A DNA stretch of 61,238 nt from Candidatus Omnitrophota bacterium (GTDB lineage Bacteria; Omnitrophota; Gorgyraeia; Tantalellales; Tantalellaceae). Numbering within the stretch: the first letter of the stretch is position 1; each line of letters begins with the position of its first letter. A program made the position numbers and the translations under genes. Below, piece after piece: positions 45,301-51,300 of this stretch. Below the pieces are notes generated by a model. That model was given only the letters and a program-made list of their open reading frames with translations, made no database searches and was not told the DNA's origin. Location of the stretch: NCBI GenBank assembly GCA_014728045.1, contig WJMH01000012.1, forward strand, positions 1-61,238, given 5' to 3'.

Positions 45301-48300
45301 TCTCTCTGCAGGCCCCAGGTCGAGGCTATCCTGGAGGACCTGGCATCCCTGCCCGAAGGATACATGCCGCTTCTTGATAATCCCCATGTTGCCTTCAGGA
45401 AAGAAGAGGTCCTTCTTTCAGTGGCAGACAGGTGGGTCAAGGAGAGTTCCGGCGTCGAGGACGCGGCCATGGTGGAGTTGATGGAAAAAGCCAGAGAAAA
45501 ACTCATAGCGCTGGGCGGATCAGCCGAGGTGGGCGAAAAAACCCCCGATGACTTCGGAAAGAGTTTCTACGGAAGGATCGAAGGTCTTTCCCCGCGTATC
45601 AGGGCCGAGGTCATAGTTGACGAGGCCGCAAGGAACGGCATCACCCGCCTTACCATACAGGATAAGGATACCGCCGAGGAAGCGGTATCTTACGCGCGTA
45701 AAAAGGGTTATCTCATAGACCTGACCTACTATCGCGGTATCCCGGCGGTGGGATGGAAAAAGGCAAAAAAACCCTCGATGCGCCCGGAAACAGCTCCGGT
45801 ACGTGAACGCAAAAAGGGTGCGGGTGTTCCGGCCATGCCCGCCGGGGATATGCCCATGGAAAAGAGCGGTTTTTACAGGGCATGGGAAGAGGCGGTATTC
45901 ACGGGCCATGCTCCGGGAAGGTACTTTCCGACGATTACAAAAGATCCGGCGGAACAGCTCGGCAGTTTCCGGGAGGGCGCCGAATTCCTCTACAATTACA
46001 AGAAGATCATCCCCGGCCTCAATTACATCGCCTCGATGGAACCGGATGAACGTGAGATGGCCAGACGCCTCTCCAGGGAGATCTTTACCAAGCTCCGGAT
46101 AGAGAAGTGGCCTCTTAAGGACACTGAAAGGCTCAACAGTCTGCGAGGTATGGTCAGGAACCTTATGACGGCCGTTTACAATGACAGCCGCACCGGCGAG
46201 AAAATGCGGAGGATAATGCGGGGTGTCACCAATATGATAGGGCTTCTGACCCTCTTCAGGGAACACGCCTTATGTATCGAAAGACTGATCCGTTCGGGGA
46301 AAGTGCCCGGCGGGGTGGACAGTCTCCGGCCGTATATACCCGAGAAATTCCTGGATGTGCCTGGCGGTGTGTCCGAGCGGGAGTATTTTGATTTCATGGC
46401 GGGGCTTGTGCCCTACCAGAGGGTCTTTGAAAAAGGCATACATGCGGAGTTGAGCGGCACGGTGCTCGAACGGGTGGACAGAGGCACCACCAGCATGAAA
46501 GCCTATACGAGCGACCAGCTTCATTTCGTTGTGAAATTCCCGGACCCCGAACAGCAGAGGGATGTGCGCAAAGATATTAAATCGGGCCTTGTCATGGCAA
46601 GAATGCACTTGGGGGGTCTTGCCGCCAATACTTTACCTATAAGGGACATCAGTATCAGAACCAGCCAGGGGACAGAGCAGCTGTCCGAGGCTTTGATACA
46701 GACAAAGGTTACCCCTCTAGGCGAGGCTATCTCTCAAATGGATGAGGCTGGTGACAGTCAGGGCGTCGAGAGCCTCTTGGCAAAATGGTGGAACCTTCAG
46801 AAACAGATGTGGCAAAGAGGCGTTCTGGACAGGCGCATGGACCTGCTTAACGGGTACGGTTACGATGAAGTTACCGGAAGGGTGCTGCTGATAGGTTTTC
46901 ATGAGCTAAGCCGGGAAGTGGGGGATTTCTGGCCGGAGGGCCTTGCGGATAACATCATAGAACTTAACGATAAAAGGAATATCGAAAAGCTTAGCGAGAC
47001 AGCTCCTCTAGTGAACGCCGCCGAGTCATACGCCTCCATAGGCTCGGAAATAAAGGAGGGCCTGCGCGTTGTAAAAAATGATCAGGGCGAAGTGTACGTG
47101 TCTTTGTGGCCGTCCGAAGAAGAGATGTCCTCGGAGGAGCTTTACATACCTCTTAATGACCCGTTCAGGATCGACGACAAGGAATTCGGTAAGATAATAG
47201 GGATAATCGAGAGGCTCATGCAGAGCGGATCTTTCTTTGAGGGGGAGTTGGCCGATGAGGTCATATCCGGGATGCTCGCGCACATCAAAGCCGAGGTCTT
47301 CGGGGTGTTCGCCGAAAGAGAACAGGCTTTGCCGGGAGAAGCTATTTCACCCGCCGGTCCCTGGGGTGGGCAAGCGCCGTTAGAACCATCGACCCTGAGG
47401 TCGTTAAAACGCATGGTCCTTCCGGGAATGGGCTTCTGGCAATACGCGCTCGGCGTCGCGCCGTGGCTTGAAGAAGTCGTTTTCTTCGCGGCCCCGGCGG
47501 TGATCTCGCATGTTTTCTTCGGTCTGGACGCGGTGGGGGCTTTCCTGTTCGTCGCTTCTTCCAGGGCGGCCTTTTTCATGCTTCATGAAGGAGCCAGGCC
47601 TCACGCGCCTCCTGCCGAATACTTCCTACCACTCGCGGTATCAGCTGCGGGTGCGGCGTTATCCGTTCTGCCGGGAGTGGTGCCAGAGCTGGGCAGCATG
47701 CCTGCTGTTTTTATCCCCGTCTCAACCGCCCTTTTGGCGCTCCTGCATCTGACGGCCAACGTTGTCTCTTTTATCACCGGGTATAAGCCAGCTTCCATCG
47801 ATGGCGGGAAAGAAGGACCTGCCGATCCCTGGCAGGGCCTGGACCGGTATGCCAGGAAGGTCTATACCAATATCGTGCAAAAATCTTTCCTCTTCAAGCA
47901 GGCCGAGGAAGGCGAACTTCAGGCCGAACGTTACCTGAACACCTATGAGGAAGAAGATAGTGAGGCTCTGCGCCAAGCCTTGAACGAACTGGTGGATGAA
48001 CATTACCTGGTCCGCATTGAAAAAGAAGAGGATGAACTTTATTACGGGTTAGGGGAAAAAGGCCGTTCCATGTTCATGGCCGCCACCGAGGACCTGTTGA
48101 AAGCGTGGATCAAAGGCATGAAGCAGAACGATCTCAAATGGAGAAGGGACCATATCCGTGACATTAGTTTCGGGTCCATGCTGCGGACGGCACCCGCCTA
48201 CAAGCAGCCGGATCCGGAAAGGATGGCGCTATTCAAGAAGCATTATGACAAGATATTCGACGTCATAACGGAGCTTATCAAGGACGAGATCAGGCTCTTC

Positions 48301-51300
48301 GAACAGGGAGAGGGTAACGACAGCGCTCTGGGCGGCCCCTTGAGCATCATCACTGGCCTGATGCAGAAATGCAGCGCCCTTAACGAACGGGTCCTGGTGG
48401 AAAATATGGTCGAGCATCTGATGATGCTCCCGTATTCGCCCAACGAAAAGGTCCGGGCGGCTTTCCAGCAGTTCTACATGAAGCTTCTCACCGTCGATCC
48501 TGAAAGGGCGAGGACTTTTCTTTTTTATTTGATGACGCATTATTCCGAATATGGCGACGCGATCAAGGAAACCGACAATCCGGTTTTCGGTATTATGGAG
48601 TTCCTGCATGAGGCAGGTGACGAGAACTTTTATTATTTCCTCAGGAGGATAACCGCCTACACTTTCCGCGACCATTCCGGCCAGGTCAACGTCGGACCCA
48701 ACCATCCTCTCAGGTGCCGTACGCGGTGCGGGAGTTACGGTCCAGACCTTGAGGGGGTGATCAGGGACTCCATACATAACCATCTGGGCGTTTACGTTCT
48801 GGGGCTTCTGGAAAGATACCTGGAGTTCTGCGGTACGGGCGACTGGCGGATACTCGCTGATGAGGAATACCAGGTGGACGCTTTCAAGAATGACGAGTTC
48901 CCCCCGCAGGACGCGGTATTCCCCATGCAGACAGTGGAACTATACAAGGGGCCGGAGGCGGATGATACCTATGCCTTGAGAAGAAGCGAGATCGTAAGGG
49001 AGATCTTTCGCCTTCTGGAAGGCGAGTTCGCGGATGAATTAAAAGTCGCAGGAAAGACCAAGTGGGAGAAGCTCAGGAACATGACCGACGAACAGCTGCA
49101 GACGCTTTACGACGCTGTCAACGAAAAGCTCGATACCAGTCTCAAAGTCGACTATGCCGGGTACAGCTTCTCCGGGTACATATACGCTTACCGCGAACTC
49201 TGTAAAAGATACAAGAGAGTGGCGAGCGTCGAGAAACTTACGGATGAACTGGTCAAACTGGCCAGGAACTACAGGGTAAGCAACAGGGTCATTACCGGTA
49301 ACAGGTGGGCCAAGGAGGATGACCCGGCATACCTGGCGATAAAGAGCGATGACCCGGCCGAAGCACTTTCGGCAATACTGAGGGCCAAGAGGAACATACG
49401 GAATGAAGTCTTCAGCGGTGAGCTTGATTATGATCGCCTGGAGATCATGGAACAGTTCCAGCGGGACTGGGGCAGGGATGATACGGGTAACGCCTACGGG
49501 GGAGCATGGGTCAAGGACGACCTTGTCGGTCTTTACATGACCGATAACATGCTCACCATGATAGAGAACCTGCACATAGAGAGAGCCTCAAGGCAGTTCA
49601 TGGAGATAAATTCACGGAATATCGTAAGCGCGCTTGAGTATCTGAGAGTCCTCGCCGAACTGAGTTATACAGAGGGACTCGTTTCGCGTTCTTTCAGGGA
49701 CCATGTCGATACGCTTCTTCAGAGGAAGGGCCTGGACTTCTCCGTGGCCAGGGATATAATCCATTTCATGCAGCAGGAATTCGTAGAGATAAAGAACTAT
49801 ATCAACCAGAACTCGGAGAACTACATCCACGCCATGCTGGACGCCGAGGGAATATACGGCGAGCGCAGGACAAAAGAATTTGACAGAAGGCTCAACGAAC
49901 TTATCAATTATGACAAGGTCTACAATTCGGCCAGAGGTCTGATAAGAAAGATCGGCAAATACGCCGAAAAACGAAGAGGGGTTTTCATAGAAGGCGAAGA
50001 GGAGAAACCGGTGGAGGAAGAGCCACTGCTCATCGGAGGGACCGTGCCAGGGGAAGCCCTGGATAAGACCGTTTCGTCGGGCCGGTACGCGCTTTCCTCT
50101 AAAGGACTTGAGCTGGCGAGGACCTCCTCGGAAGGATTGCCCATACCCGAGGGCGTAATAATACCCGCCACAGCATCGGATGAAGTAACGGATGAACTTG
50201 CCGTAGAAGGCATCAGGATGCTCGAACGCCATCTTAATACCCTTGAGGGTTTCGAGAACATGAAGTTCGGTTCTTCACAGGACCCGCTTATTGTCTCGGT
50301 GAGGTCGGGAGCCTATGTCGTGATGCCCGGACAGATGCCGACGATAGCCAATGTCGGTCTTTCAAGGGATACCATTGACGGTTTTACTGATCAGCTTGTT
50401 GAACGCGGCGTAGATCTGCGGGACGCACGCTGGACCGCCTGGGACTGTTATTCGAGGTTCCTGCAGAGTTACGGGGTTTCAGTGCTGGGAATAAGCGAAC
50501 AGCATTTTATTTCCCGGGAGGAAGATCTGCTGAGCGAGACCGGTGCAGCTGATAAAAAGGACCTTTCACTTGAGAAAATGAAGGCCCTGGCCGGACGGTT
50601 CGAAGGCGTGATCATTGACGTTGCCGGCAGGGATAAGCTGCCCCTGACCGCGGAAGAACAGTTCAAGTACTGCGTGGCCGCGGTTAAACGGTCCTGGGCC
50701 GAATCGGACGATTACCGTGATAATATTGGCCTTAAGGGAAGATGGCCGGGAACCGCGGTGCTTATACAGCGCATGGTCTTCGGAAATATAAACAGGGATT
50801 CGGGTGTCGGGGTAGTAAATTCACGGATGGTGAACGTGCGTAAACTGGGGCTTGAAGGCGATTTCCTCTGGTTCGGCCAGGGGGACGACATAGCCCAGCA
50901 CCGGGCCGAGGGCCTGGTCCAGATACAGGATATCGGCGAGCAGACGCCTTGGAAAAAAGACCTTGAAAGATACGCCGAGATGATCGAGACATCCCTGGGT
51001 ACCATGGCGGAAATAGAGTTCACTGTGGAACTTGGCAAGGTGTACATATTGCAGGTCAGGGACGCCTATATCGATGTTCGCGCGCAGGATTACCTGTTGA
51101 TGCCTTCTGAGGGTGACCTCCTGGCCAGAAGGGGCAGGGTCATACCCGCCTCGGGAGGAGCCTATAGAGGCAAGGTATACGTGCTCCACGGGCGCAAGCC
51201 CGATCTCGAAGAGATAGACCGGCTGTACGCCGAATCCAGGGCGGCAGGCGGTGACGGCGTATTGATAGTCGCCGATGACCTCAGTCCCGAGCAGCTGGGC

